DNA from: Gammaproteobacteria bacterium | GTDB taxonomy: Bacteria; Pseudomonadota; Gammaproteobacteria; Eutrophobiales; Eutrophobiaceae | Assembly: GCA_965238225.1 (NCBI GenBank) | Contig: OZ250183.1 | Span: 448,001 to 512,000, forward strand | Reading direction: 5' to 3' | Length of the DNA stretch: 64,000 nucleotides | Shown: positions 53,290 to 64,000 of the stretch, one piece after another | Layout: each line of letters starts with the position of its first letter | How positions within the stretch are numbered: position 1 is the stretch's first letter | Position numbers and translations under genes: made by a program | The notes under the pieces: model-generated | The model's input: only the letters and a program-made list of their open reading frames with translations | Told to the model about the DNA's origin: nothing | Database searches by the model: none

Positions 53290-53613
53290 TTAGCGTTCTA
53301 ATAATTCAAGTTTATTGGGTTTGCCACGCCATTTTGCCTCATCTTCTGGGGGGTCTTTCATCTCATTGATGACTGGCCATTTTCTGGAAAGTTCAGCGTT
53401 TAACTCTATGAATTGCCGCATGTTTTCAGGCACATCGTCTTCAGAGGAGATTGCCTCTACCGGACACTCTGGCTCGCAGAGCGTACAGTCAATACATTCA
53501 TCTGGGTCAATAACCAGCATATTGGAACCCTCGCGGAAGCAATCTACTGGACAGACTTCTACACAGTCGGTCAATTTACATTTAATGCATTCTTCTGTGA
53601 CTACAAATGTCAT
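53290..53613 (-). CDS. fdxA: 7Fe ferredoxin
   Basis: [26 protein letters not shown]...[12 protein letters not shown]; -10 TATAAT with GC discriminator upstream. Confidence 0.96.
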   Translation of the reverse strand: MTFVVTEECIKCKLTDCVEVCPVDCFREGSNMLVIDPDECIDCTLCEPECPVEAISSEDDVPENMRQFIELNAELSRKWPVINEMKDPPEDEAKWRGKPNKLELLER

Positions 53614-53947
53614 TTTGATATTACCTGTTTTTCATAGAAATAACGCGGGATTATACCTATTAAACAGGAAATGATAAATATGTAGTTGGCATAAAATGCG
53701 TGACAAAAATGGGGCTATATTAAGACAAATGGGACGATGCAGGGGAGAGTCAGTCCTTCTTTCACAAAAAAAGAAAGCGTTTATTCCTATCGACTTTGTG
53801 TCTTACATCTATAGGTCGCCAAGGTTTAATATCTTTAATTTATTCATTTTGTTAATATCAACGAATTCTATTTATTCTCTTGAAAAATAGATTTGCGCCC
53901 CCAGATTATGATTTTGGAATATATTTTTATGAGGTTAAGTAAGACTA

Positions 53948-55879
53948 ATGACGGTTGAAGCACAAAAAGAAACACTTGGTTTACAGACAGAAACACAACA
54001 GTTGCTGGATTTAATGATTCATTCGCTATACAGCAATAAAGAAATATTTTTAAGAGAATTGATTTCAAATTCATCAGATGCATCAGATAAATTACGTTTT
54101 GAGGCACTGAAAGATGACAGTCTCTATGAAGAGGATGCTGATTTAAAGATTCGGGTTGAATATAACAAAGACAATAAAACCATTACAGTTCTAGATAATG
54201 GTATTGGTATGTCACGAGAAGACGTGATTGAGCATTTAGGTACCATCGCTAAATCTGGCACCCAAGAATTTTTTAAATCTCTTACAGGAGATCAAAGTAA
54301 AGACAGTCAAATGATCGGTCAATTTGGCGTAGGGTTTTATTCTTCTTTCATGGTTGCGAAAAAAGTTGAAGTCACCACACGCAAGGCAGGCATGCCAAGA
54401 ACAGAAGGTGTTCGTTGGATTTCAAAAGGCACTGGTGATTACACTATTGAAACTGTAGACAGACCTAAGCGTGGCACCAAAGTTATTTTGACTCTTAGGA
54501 AAGATGCTGCTGAATTTCTGGATGGTTTCAGGCTGCGCCACATTATTAAAAAATATTCTGACCATATTTCTCTGCCCATTATTATGCCAAATGAAGATTC
54601 TGGCGCTACCTTAGCTTCTGATAAAGATAAGAAAGATAATGTCAAGGTAATCACGGCAGATGAAACTGTGAACAACACAATAGCCTTATGGACACGTAGA
54701 AAAAAAGACATTACCAAAGAGGAATATCATGAGTTTTATAAAAATATTGGGTATGACTTCGAAGATCCGCTGGCCTATATACATACTCAGGTCGAAGGTA
54801 AGTTAGAGTACAGCAGCTTGTTATTCATCCCTATGCGCGCACCTTTCGACCTTTGGGATAGACAACAGCGACATGGTGTAAAGCTTTACGTAAAACGTGT
54901 TTTTATTATGGATGATGCCGAGCGACTGGTGCCTGCCTATCTAAGATTTATTCGTGGCGTGGTGGACTCCAATAACCTGCCATTGAATGTTTCAAGAGAA
55001 ATTCTGCAACAAAATAAAACAATCGACTCGATTCGATCAGGTACGACCAAAAAGATTCTAAATCTATTGACTAAAATGACAAAAAATGATCCAGAAAAAT
55101 ATGCGATATTCTGGAAAGAGTTTGGTCGCATAATGAAAGAAGGTGTTATTGAAGAAACGGATAAAAAAGAAAATTTAGCCAGTTTGTTCCGATTTTCATC
55201 GACATATGAGAACAAGGAAGAGCAAACGGTTTCCCTTACTGATTACATTAAACGGATGCCAGAAGATCAGGAGGCTATTTATTACGTGATTGCAGATAAT
55301 TTCTCAACTGCGAAAAACAGCCCTCATCTGGAAATATTCCATAAGAAAGGTATTGAAGCGTTACTTTTAAGCGATCCGATTGACGAATGGTTGACATCAC
55401 ATTTGACAGAGTTTGATGGCAAATCACTGCGCTCAGTGAGCAAAGGTGAACTCAATCTTGGTAAGCTCGACGAGAAAAAAGATGATGTTTCTGAAAAAGA
55501 AAGGAAGAAAGAATCAAATAAATTGATCGAAAAAATCAAACAAGCGCTGGAATCGAAAGTTAAAGAGGTTCGTGTGACCAACCGACTGACCAATTCTCCC
55601 GCCTGTCTGGTTGTAGATGAGCATGAAATGGGTCGTAATCTGGAGAGAATACTGCAGGCTTCTGGTCAAGAAATACCTATGAGTAAGCCGATTTTGGAAA
55701 TTAATATTGAACATCCAATAGTCATTAAACTAGATGAGGCTGAGGGCGAGCAATTTGACGACTGGTCACATATTCTTTTTGAACAAGCCTTATTAAGCGA
55801 GGGCGGTCAGTTGGAAGATCCTGCTGGATTTGTGCATAGATTAAATAATATGTTTATAACTCTTGGCTCATCGTCATAA
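53948..55879 (+). CDS. htpG: Hsp90 chaperone HtpG
   Basis: YSNKEIFLRELISN, DNGIGM, IGQFGVGFYS, LPLNVSRE. Confidence 0.98.
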   Translation: MTVEAQKETLGLQTETQQLLDLMIHSLYSNKEIFLRELISNSSDASDKLRFEALKDDSLYEEDADLKIRVEYNKDNKTITVLDNGIGMSREDVIEHLGTIAKSGTQEFFKSLTGDQSKDSQMIGQFGVGFYSSFMVAKKVEVTTRKAGMPRTEGVRWISKGTGDYTIETVDRPKRGTKVILTLRKDAAEFLDGFRLRHIIKKYSDHISLPIIMPNEDSGATLASDKDKKDNVKVITADETVNNTIALWTRRKKDITKEEYHEFYKNIGYDFEDPLAYIHTQVEGKLEYSSLLFIPMRAPFDLWDRQQRHGVKLYVKRVFIMDDAERLVPAYLRFIRGVVDSNNLPLNVSREILQQNKTIDSIRSGTTKKILNLLTKMTKNDPEKYAIFWKEFGRIMKEGVIEETDKKENLASLFRFSSTYENKEEQTVSLTDYIKRMPEDQEAIYYVIADNFSTAKNSPHLEIFHKKGIEALLLSDPIDEWLTSHLTEFDGKSLRSVSKGELNLGKLDEKKDDVSEKERKKESNKLIEKIKQALESKVKEVRVTNRLTNSPACLVVDEHEMGRNLERILQASGQEIPMSKPILEINIEHPIVIKLDEAEGEQFDDWSHILFEQALLSEGGQLEDPAGFVHRLNNMFITLGSSS

Positions 55880-56034
55880 ACAAAACTTGGGTTTTATGCA
55901 ATATCAAATTGGTTATTTTACTAAACTGCTATTTACGATATTTAAGTTTATTTTCATAATCTAAACTTTAAATTTTTTGTTTGATATTTATGCGCTAGAA
56001 TTGGTCTATAATAATTTCTATTCTGGGTTAGAAA

Positions 56035-57660
56035 ATGGAACTAAAGCCATCAGACTGCAAAGATTTGTTAGAAAAACTAAACTCGGTTGGCGTTGCGCTT
56101 TCTTCTGAGAAAGATCATGAGCGTCTGCTTGAGATTATATTGGCGCGAGCAAAGGATATGACTCATGCAGATGGCGGCACATTATATCTTAAAACAGAAG
56201 ATAACCGTCTTAGTTTTGAAATTGTCCATACCGATTCTCTCGGTATTCATCTAGGCGGCACGGAAGGTCAGCCAATTACTTTTTATCCTATCAAATTAAC
56301 AAATAAAGAGGGTAAGCCAAATATTAGTAATGTCGCTGCTTGCGCTGTTATAAAAAATAAAACAATTAACATTGCTGATGCTTATACCGCTGAAGAGTTT
56401 GATTTTATAGGCACACGGCAGTTTGACAAGAAGATTGGTTATCGATCTAAATCTTTTCTGACGGTGCCTATGACAAATCATGAAAATGAAATTATTGGCG
56501 TACTACAATTAATTAATGCAAAGGATATGGAAACCGGAGAGATAAAGGCATTTTCTGATCTAGATCAGAAAATGGTTGAGTCTCTTGCATCACAAGCAGC
56601 GGTGACTATGACTAATAGGCAGTTGATTAGTGACCAGAAGAAATTGTTTAATTCTATTATTGAGCTTATCGCCAGCGCCATTGATGAAAAATCTCCATAC
56701 ACTGCAGGCCATTGTCGTCGCGTTCCTGTATTAACTGATATGATTGCTGAGGCAACCTGTAACATTACCTATGGTCCGTTTAAAGATTTTAGTATGACAA
56801 ATGCGGACATCTATGCATTAAATGTAGCTGGTTGGCTACATGATTGCGGAAAAATTGTCATACCGGAGGCTGTGGTTGATAAAAGCACTAAGCTGGAAAC
56901 GATTGTAGATCGAATCGAAATAATTGATACACGTTTTGAGGTGCTTAAGCGTGATGCTGAAATTACTGCTTTAAAGCGTAAGCTTGAAGTGTTAGGAGAA
57001 AAAAATCTCAGTGCCGATGAAGAGCTATCATCTAAGCTAAAGCAATTAGATGATGATAGAGAATTTATTCGTGCGTGTAATGTTGGTGGCGAGGCAATGG
57101 TCGATGATTTACAGAAACGCGTGGAAGATATAGCAAAATACAAATGGCAAGATACACAAGGAAATGAGAGTAATTTTTTAACTGAGGATGAGACTTACAA
57201 CCTGAATATTCCTCGAGGCACGCTTAATACGGAGGAACGTGAGGTTATCGATAGTCATATAGACGTTACCATTAGGATGCTTGAGTCCTTACCCTACCCA
57301 AAACATCTAGCCAACGTCACAGAATATGCAGGCGGTCATCATGAAAAAATGGACGGTAGCGGCTACCCTAAAGGCTTAAAACGGGATGAGATGTCCGTGC
57401 AGGCAAGAATGATGGGAATTGCGGATATATTCGAGGCCTTAACCGCAGCAGATCGACCCTATAAAAAGGCAATGCCTATGTCGAAAGCATTAAGCATACT
57501 TGGACGCATGAAACTGAATAATCATATTGATCCGGATTTATTTGATGTGTTTATATGGCAGAAGGTGTATCAGAGATATGCAGATGCACATCTAACACAA
57601 GAGCAATGTGATGATTATGATCTAAATAATATTCCCGGATATGTCCCGCCATCAGAATAA
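56035..57660 (+). CDS. GAF + HD-GYP cyclic-dinucleotide phosphodiesterase
   Basis: GAF (ADGGTLY, IIGVLQLIN), SPYTAGHC.RV, LHDCGK, HHEKMDGSGYP, ADIFEALTA.DRPYK. Confidence 0.92.
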   Translation: MELKPSDCKDLLEKLNSVGVALSSEKDHERLLEIILARAKDMTHADGGTLYLKTEDNRLSFEIVHTDSLGIHLGGTEGQPITFYPIKLTNKEGKPNISNVAACAVIKNKTINIADAYTAEEFDFIGTRQFDKKIGYRSKSFLTVPMTNHENEIIGVLQLINAKDMETGEIKAFSDLDQKMVESLASQAAVTMTNRQLISDQKKLFNSIIELIASAIDEKSPYTAGHCRRVPVLTDMIAEATCNITYGPFKDFSMTNADIYALNVAGWLHDCGKIVIPEAVVDKSTKLETIVDRIEIIDTRFEVLKRDAEITALKRKLEVLGEKNLSADEELSSKLKQLDDDREFIRACNVGGEAMVDDLQKRVEDIAKYKWQDTQGNESNFLTEDETYNLNIPRGTLNTEEREVIDSHIDVTIRMLESLPYPKHLANVTEYAGGHHEKMDGSGYPKGLKRDEMSVQARMMGIADIFEALTAADRPYKKAMPMSKALSILGRMKLNNHIDPDLFDVFIWQKVYQRYADAHLTQEQCDDYDLNNIPGYVPPSE

Positions 57661-57678
57661 AATACGAGCGAGCCAATT

Positions 57679-57790
57679 GCAGTAATTAAAGCATGGGCCG
57701 TTGAAAATGATGGATATCGTGAGACATGTATACAAGGCAGAAGATGATAAAGAAAATCTTGGTGATTTTGGCATTGACTTTGACTGGTAG
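57679..57790 (+). pseudogene. C-terminal remnant of SoxC-like molybdopterin sulfite dehydrogenase
   Basis: AVIKAWAVENDG-(frameshift)-VRHVY resembles the SoxC end (..AI.SW.V...G.V..V); overlaps the ATG of a soxD-like gene. Confidence 0.55.
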
Positions 57791-58104
57791 CGTTTACGTT
57801 GCAGAGAGCGAACGGCGAACGACCTCAGAAGGTTCTGTTTTAGAAAGCCCAAGACCAGACCAGCCTGCCACAGCGCACGAAGTTTCTGTCTTGTCTATGA
57901 ATGTATTCCCTGACGGCAGAGGCTTGCCCTTGGTTCATTGAGCAATGATGAGACCTACACCTTAATTGCCTAATCTGCTTTATCTAAACAGTATTATTGC
58001 AGAAAATACTGCACTCGACAAAGAAATAAATCATGCAGGTGAAAATGCCGAACAAGGATGGGTTTATTAATATTTATGAGCAAGGATCAAAAAAAACAAA
58101 TTAA
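57726..58104 (+). pseudogene. SoxD-like c-type cytochrome pseudogene with heme-binding region deleted
   Basis: Signal peptide, PAT..EV...NVFPDGRGLP, then directly GSLSNDETY.L.A*, LLYLNSII, VKMPNKDGFI; no CxxCH; frameshifts and a stop. Confidence 0.78.
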
Positions 58105-58171
58105 AGGATCGTTTTTGTCGCATTGACTCCTTATTCCCTTTACATGTGGGAATCCAGTACAATAGTCGCCC

Positions 58172-59272
58172 ATGTCGGGCAATACATTCGGAAAGTTATT
58201 TACTGTTACCACCTGTGGCGAGAGTCATGGTGCAGGCTATGCGTGCATTGTTGATGGTTGTCCGCCAGGAATGGTGCTCACTGAGGCACACCTGCAAAAA
58301 GATCTAAACAGGCGCAAGCCCGGAAAGTCTCGTCATGTAAGCCCTCGCAAAGAAACGGATATTGTGCGTATAATTTCTGGTGTATTTGAAGGTATTACCA
58401 CAGGCACACCGATTGGCCTTTTAATAGATAATACGGATCAAAAACCCCAAGACTATTCCAAGATAAATGAATTATTTCGTCCCGGACATGCAGATTACAC
58501 TTACCAGCAAAAATATGGCATCAGAGATCATCGTGGCGGCGGACGTGCCTCTGCTCGGGAAACCTGTATGCGCGTCGCGGCTGGCGGCATTGCGAAAAAA
58601 TATTTAAAAGAAAAATACAATATCAATATTCGTGCTTATCTTGCGCAAATCGGATCGATTAAAATTGAATTTAAGAGTTGGAACGAAGCTGAAAACAATA
58701 ATTTTTTCTGCCCCGATGCGTCCAAAGTAGATGAGTTGGATAAATATATGGACGCCTTGCGTAAAGAGGGCAACTCTATTGGTGCACGCATTAATGTTGT
58801 TGCAGAGAATGTTCCGCCAGGCTTAGGGGAGCCTGTCTTTGATCGTTTTGATGCTGATATTGCTAAGGCGATGATGAGCATCAATGCTGTGAAAGGCGTG
58901 GAGATTGGCGCTGGGTTTACGAGTGTAAATGAGAAAGGCACAGAGCATCGTGATGAAATAACGCAAGAAGGATTTATTAGTAATCATGCAGGCGGTGTGT
59001 TGGGTGGTATTTCTTCCGGACAAGATGTATTGGTGGGCATAGCACTAAAACCAACCTCCAGTATTCGATTGCCCGGGCAAACTATCAATGTGCAAGGCGA
59101 GGTGCGTGAAGTTAAAACAACAGGTCGTCATGATCCTTGTGTTGGCATTCGTGCAACACCGATTGCTGAGGCTATGTTGGCTCTAGTGATTATGGATCAT
59201 GCATTACGCCATCGTGGTCAAAATGCGGATGTACAATCAATAACACCCATAGTTCCTGCTAAGCGGAAGTAA
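58172..59272 (+). CDS. aroC: Chorismate synthase
   Basis: [43 protein letters not shown]. Confidence 0.98.
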   Translation: MSGNTFGKLFTVTTCGESHGAGYACIVDGCPPGMVLTEAHLQKDLNRRKPGKSRHVSPRKETDIVRIISGVFEGITTGTPIGLLIDNTDQKPQDYSKINELFRPGHADYTYQQKYGIRDHRGGGRASARETCMRVAAGGIAKKYLKEKYNINIRAYLAQIGSIKIEFKSWNEAENNNFFCPDASKVDELDKYMDALRKEGNSIGARINVVAENVPPGLGEPVFDRFDADIAKAMMSINAVKGVEIGAGFTSVNEKGTEHRDEITQEGFISNHAGGVLGGISSGQDVLVGIALKPTSSIRLPGQTINVQGEVREVKTTGRHDPCVGIRATPIAEAMLALVIMDHALRHRGQNADVQSITPIVPAKRK

Positions 59273-59341
59273 AAAATAATTAGTAAAAGACATTACTGAT
59301 GGCATCTTTTACTCTTTACCCTTGAGCACTCGCGTTTAAAA

Positions 59342-60496
59342 ATGCCTATCCATACACATTTTATTGGTGTGCCTTACTGGCGTTTGTCTGGTTATTACTT
59401 CCTGTTTTTTGTTACCGTTGGCATCTATATGCCCTATTGGGCTTTGTATCTCAAGTCCATAAATTTTAATGCACAACAAATCGGTATTCTTTCAGCCATC
59501 GTTGTGGGTACTAAGGTCTTTTCGACTTATCTATGGGGCTGGATGGTTGACCATACAGGCAAGCGCACACGAGTCATCCAGTTAGCTTCATTGTTTTCTG
59601 TCTTGAGTTTTGTGCCTGTGTTGTTTATAGAAGATTTCTGGACGCTTGTGTTTATTATGTTTTTATTTGCAATATTCTGGAGTGCATCATTACCTCAAAT
59701 TGATGCGGCGACACTTTCTCATCTTGGCGAGTCATCGAACGCTTACACCATCATTCGTTTATGGGGTTCCGTTGGTTTTATCTTCATTGTGTGGGTACTT
59801 GGTGTGATTTTTGAATCACTCAGTATCAGTTATGCGCCACTTATCTTGCTGATTTCTATGCTATTGGTTTGGTTATTGACATTAACATTTCCAGATACGT
59901 CAGTATCACACGACGACGACTCACATGAATCTTTAAAAGAGATTCTCGGCCAACCCAAAGTCATTGCCTTACTTTTAGCCTGTTTTTTGATGCTTGCAAG
60001 CCACGGGCCTTATTACACTTTCTATTCTATTTATCTGAAAGATTATGGTTATTCCAGCACCTTCATCGGTCAAATGTGGGCGCTGGGCGTTGTTGCTGAA
60101 GTAGTGTTATTTTTATTTATGCATCGTTTGATTGCTGCCTTTGGTTTGCGAAAATTATTTTTATTAAGTTTATTTTTAGCAGGGCTGCGTTGGTTGTTAA
60201 TCGCTTTTTATATAGACAATCTGGCCTTGCTTTCATTTGCACAACTTCTACACGCAGCCACCTTTGGCTTATGTCATGCTGCTGCTATTCAATATGTGCA
60301 TAAATATTTCAAAGGAAAATTACAGGGCAGGGGGCAGGGTTTGTACAGCAGTGCAAGCTTTGGGGCTGGCTTTGCTATTGGCAGTTTATTAACGGGCTAT
60401 GGCTGGGATGCCTTGGGCGCTCATGTTTGTTTTATGATGGCATCGATTACAGCATTTTTTGCAATGTTGATTGCCTTTTTCTGGGTGAGAGACTAA
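59342..60496 (+). CDS. MFS transporter (HcaT/MFS_1-like)
   Basis: PYWRLS.YY, IRLWGSVGF, SHGPYYTFYS, QLLHAATFG; about 12 TM segments; common neighbour of aroC. Confidence 0.9.
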   Translation: MPIHTHFIGVPYWRLSGYYFLFFVTVGIYMPYWALYLKSINFNAQQIGILSAIVVGTKVFSTYLWGWMVDHTGKRTRVIQLASLFSVLSFVPVLFIEDFWTLVFIMFLFAIFWSASLPQIDAATLSHLGESSNAYTIIRLWGSVGFIFIVWVLGVIFESLSISYAPLILLISMLLVWLLTLTFPDTSVSHDDDSHESLKEILGQPKVIALLLACFLMLASHGPYYTFYSIYLKDYGYSSTFIGQMWALGVVAEVVLFLFMHRLIAAFGLRKLFLLSLFLAGLRWLLIAFYIDNLALLSFAQLLHAATFGLCHAAAIQYVHKYFKGKLQGRGQGLYSSASFGAGFAIGSLLTGYGWDALGAHVCFMMASITAFFAMLIAFFWVRD

Positions 60497-60689
60497 ACAT
60501 TAATTTAAGGATTTTTACGAATATTTAAGACTAAGCTAGAGATTTACGTGGCTATTGATAAACGAGACCAAGTATCAATAACAGAATTTTTTAATCCTAG
60601 AAATAAAAAAATTAGGATATTTATGATAAATATTTAAGCGTTGGTGATAAAATGAAAAAATTAAATCAAAGTTTTGTCTGGAGTAAATT

Positions 60690-62033
60690 ATGGATGATTA
60701 AAATTTAGTGTTAAAAATTTAGGTAGTGTTAAGTCCGGTGAGTTTGAATCTAAGCCATTAACCATTTTTTGTGGGCCTAATAATAGTGGTAAAACTTGGA
60801 CTATGTACGCCTTATACAGTTACTATATATCGTATGGACTCGGCTTAGTTAGTTCAACAAAATACAAGCCATCGTACCAAATATATTGAACACAGAAGAC
60901 GATCAGATTGATATGGGTGAATGGATAACAAATAATCATGATGAAATCGTCAGTTTCTCTAATAATTAAATGTAGCTTTTTCCTGAATTTTTTAACAGCA
61001 AAAAAGAATTATTTAACAATACTGAATTCAAATTACATATTACATCAGAAGATATGATAAAGCGTTTTTCAGATAACAACTTCGTCTTCAATAGGAAAAA
61101 ATGATAAAAATAAAAAATTTACCTTAAAAACAGATGAAAATAGTACGATGCTTAATATAGAAAAGTTTTCTATAAGGAGAAGAAGATGAAGCTGAAATAG
61201 AATTTCATTTGAATAGGTTTATTTACAAATGCTTATTTGGTTTTACAGATACTTTTTTAATACCGGCGGAACGCAATGGCTTACATTTATTTTACCGTGA
61301 GCTAAGTAAAAACGCACCGCATTATTACATCATGCTTCAAAAGAGAATATTGATATTAGAAAGTTATTGCACGATGTTTGCGCTCTCCTTATCTAGCCAC
61401 TTGCAGATTACATTGAACCAGAATATCAAAAAAATGTGAATTTAATCAAGTTGCCAAAGAATTAGAAAAAAAATTGGCAGGCGGTGCTTATAAAATAGAT
61501 GCTCGCACAGACGACATTGTATTCAAACCCTATCAGAAAAAACGCGATGGCAAAAAAACTGAAGAATTGAGCCTGCATATGACCTCAAGCTCCGTTAAAA
61601 GTTTGTTTGGATTATGGTTTTATTTAAAACATCAGGCAAAAAAAGGCGATATTTTAATGATAGACGAGCCAGAGCTTAATTTTCACCCTGCCAGTCAACG
61701 CAAAATAACCAGACTATTAGCACAATTAGTTAATGCTGGATTAAAAGTGGTAATCAGCAACATAGCGATTATATCGTTCGTGAATTTAATACCTTAATTA
61801 TGCTTAATAATGAAAATGCCAAAGAATTAAGAGAAAAGTATCACTATAAAGAAGATGAAACATTAGGTGTAGATAAAGTTGGTGCTTATTTGTTTGATGA
61901 GCAAACTATTAAGACATTCAAAATAACCCCTGATGATGGTATTTATGTCACTACCTTTGATCAGGAAATCATTGATCTGAATAAGACTAATGATGACATC
62001 TATTATACGTTACAAGAATTACAAGATGAGTAA
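60690..62033 (+). pseudogene. ABC-type (AAA_15/AAA_21-like) ATPase pseudogene
   Basis: SD GGAG + ATG 60690; KNLG, Walker A GPNNSGKT (60773-60796), PAERNG, signature-like TSSSVKSL, Walker B/D-loop IDEPELNFHP, H-loop HSDYI; split across several frames. Confidence 0.88.
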
Positions 62034-62593
62034 AGAATTTGTGGCATTAATCGCTCAATGTATTGATAAAAAATTTTGTTTGAAAAGAGAATCTAATTCA
62101 TGGACTTTGCATGATAGACAGAATGGTACACAAACTGAATTATGTTCACCTAATCGTAATTCTTTTGCATTTACTTTGGACGAATCTAATTCTAAAAAAA
62201 TGCACTGCCATTTTTTCATTCTTCACCGCCAAAACATATAAGCAAGATGTGCGATGCCATTATCGCACTATCTTTTGATAAGGCTTATATATTACTGGTT
62301 GAAAAGAAAACAAATAACACAGGTGAATAGAAAACAATTGACCAATGGCTGGCATTTTTGTCGATGGTTGCTTGCTTTATTAAAGGATTATAAAAACAGC
62401 GTATCTTTTGTTGGTTTGCTTTGTTGGCAACCACGATCACAGCCTTAGAGGACCAGCAACACACGACGGTCAAGATTCATATCCTTTTGTTAAAGGAGAT
62501 AATTTTTATACTACCGAGCACAAAGGAGATGAGACAGTGGTTTTGTCGAAAATTATTAAGTCTTATATTAAAATTTATTGCAATAAATATTGA
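62026..62593 (+). pseudogene. Small PD-(D/E)xK-like nuclease pseudogene coupled to the ATPase
   Basis: ATG overlaps the ATPase stop; rejoined frames give KMCDAII...ILLVEKKT...KQLTNG..FCRWL; frameshifts and stops. Confidence 0.62.
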
Positions 62594-62670
62594 AGCAATA
62601 CTCAATAAGAATTGGCTATTATTGTAAATAATCAGTGCATTAAAATAGCAAGTCTATTTAAGTCACGCTA

Positions 62671-64000
62671 TCAAGTAGACGTTCCCCCCACCGTTAAATC
62701 TTCTATGCGTATGGTAGGTTGTCCGACACCAACAGGCACCGACTGACCGTCTTTCCCGCAGGTGCCAATGCCTGAATCCAGTGCCATATCATTGCCGACC
62801 ATAGAGACTCTGGTCAATACATCCGGACCGTTACCAATGATGGTCGCGCCTTTTACAGGTGCGGTAATTTTTCCATCCTCAATGAGATAAGCTTGGCTCG
62901 TACTAAAGACAAACTTGCCGTTCGTTATATCAACTTGTCCGCCACCGAATTGCACTGCATAAATACCCTTTTTGACAGATTTAATAATATCTTCCGGGTC
63001 TTCTTCACCGCCTAACATGTAGGTGTTGGTCATGCGTGGCATAGGTAGATGTGCATAGGATTCTCGTCTGCCATTGCCGGTGGGGTGCATGCCCATAAGC
63101 CGGGCATTTTGTTTGTCTTGCATGTAATTTACCAATATGCCGTGTTCTATCAGCGTGGTGCTTTCAGTTTTGGTGCCCTCATCATCAATATTTAAAGATC
63201 CGCGGCGGTTTGTAATGGTGCCATCATCAACAATGGTAACTTCAGGCGCAGCAACACGTTGACCGATGCGCCCGGAAAAGGCAGATGTTTTCTTACGATT
63301 AAAATCACCTTCGAGCCCGTGTCCAATGGCCTCATGCAGCAAAATTCCAGGCCAGCCAGAACCGAGCACTACAGTCATATTACCAGCAGGTGCTGCGATA
63401 GCTTCTAGATTCAGCAATGCTTGTTGGACTGCCTCATCTATATATGAGTTGGTTAGTTTTTCGTCAAGAAAATAATCGTAAGAGAATCGACCACCTCCTC
63501 CTGAACTGCCTTTTTCAAAACGTCCTTTTTCTTCAACAATGACATTGATATTTAATCTTATAAGCGGGCGCACATCGCCGGCCAATGTGCCATCATTTCC
63601 AGCAACCAAGATGGTGTTATGCAAACCCGTAAGACCAACCATCACCTGTTTAATGCGATGATCTTTTTCTCTGGCGCGTTTATTAATCTTTTTTAGTAAC
63701 TCAACTTTTTGGTCGGCGTTGATTGATGCCAATGGATCAGAAGCTTGATAGAGTAAATCTTGTGATTGTTGTTTCCATGCTTGCAGCTTACCCGTTCCGC
63801 CGCTTCTGGCAATCGCACGCGCAGCCTCTGCCGCATGGTTTAATGCGGGTAAAACAATTTCATCTGAATAAGCAAAACCAGTTTTTTCACCACTTACGGC
63901 ACGGACACCTACGCCTTGATCAATGCTATACGAACCTTCTTTAACGATACCGTCTTCCAATACCCATGATTCTGCATGAGATGACTCGAAATAGAGATCG
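62671..64000 (-). CDS. tldD: Metalloprotease TldD (5' end outside window)
   Basis: [53 protein letters not shown]. Confidence 0.98.
   Translation of the reverse strand, partial: DLYFESSHAESWVLEDGIVKEGSYSIDQGVGVRAVSGEKTGFAYSDEIVLPALNHAAEAARAIARSGGTGKLQAWKQQSQDLLYQASDPLASINADQKVELLKKINKRAREKDHRIKQVMVGLTGLHNTILVAGNDGTLAGDVRPLIRLNINVIVEEKGRFEKGSSGGGGRFSYDYFLDEKLTNSYIDEAVQQALLNLEAIAAPAGNMTVVLGSGWPGILLHEAIGHGLEGDFNRKKTSAFSGRIGQRVAAPEVTIVDDGTITNRRGSLNIDDEGTKTESTTLIEHGILVNYMQDKQNARLMGMHPTGNGRRESYAHLPMPRMTNTYMLGGEEDPEDIIKSVKKGIYAVQFGGGQVDITNGKFVFSTSQAYLIEDGKITAPVKGATIIGNGPDVLTRVSMVGNDMALDSGIGTCGKDGQSVPVGVGQPTIRIEDLTVGGTST

Noticed and set aside
1-64000. CRISPR arrays, tRNA/rRNA genes, IS or prophage genes
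   Set aside because: No regularly spaced repeats, cloverleaf or rRNA signatures, transposase or integrase motifs were seen by eye; a scan with dedicated tools would be needed to exclude them fully.

Overview
AT-rich gammaproteobacterial chromosome segment, mostly housekeeping genes: end of the dcw cluster (ftsA-ftsZ-lpxC), dciA/M23/secA/argJ/mutT-fusion, pilBCD-coaE-zapD-yacG, rluD/bamD/nadE, a 1003-aa MFS + spermidine-synthase-fold protein divergent from pilS-pilR and two tandem type IVa pilins (sigma54 promoter, long structured leader), ubiAC-recG-ridA-spoT-rpoZ-gmk-yicC, rph-rdgB-hemW-rnd, an ABC-F ATPase, sfsA, a stand-alone fusA, bioA, rnfE-nth, FHA protein, fdxA, htpG, a GAF/HD-GYP protein, aroC, an MFS permease and partial tldD. 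Translating the 'intergenic' DNA by hand shows active genome erosion: relics of mpl, yqcC, a PP2C phosphatase, soxC-soxD, and a two-gene ABC-type ATPase + PD-(D/E)xK-like nuclease module. Intact genes also carry substitutions at normally invariant residues (MutT E53G, Nth Q41K, PilS G1 box). This pattern suggests a host-restricted or bottlenecked lineage (inference). Best candidates for new biology: the pilin-linked MFS/SAM-transferase fusion, the pilA leader RNA and the decayed ATPase-nuclease module. No rRNA, tRNA, CRISPR or intact mobile element was seen. All family calls come from recalled motifs; no database search was run.
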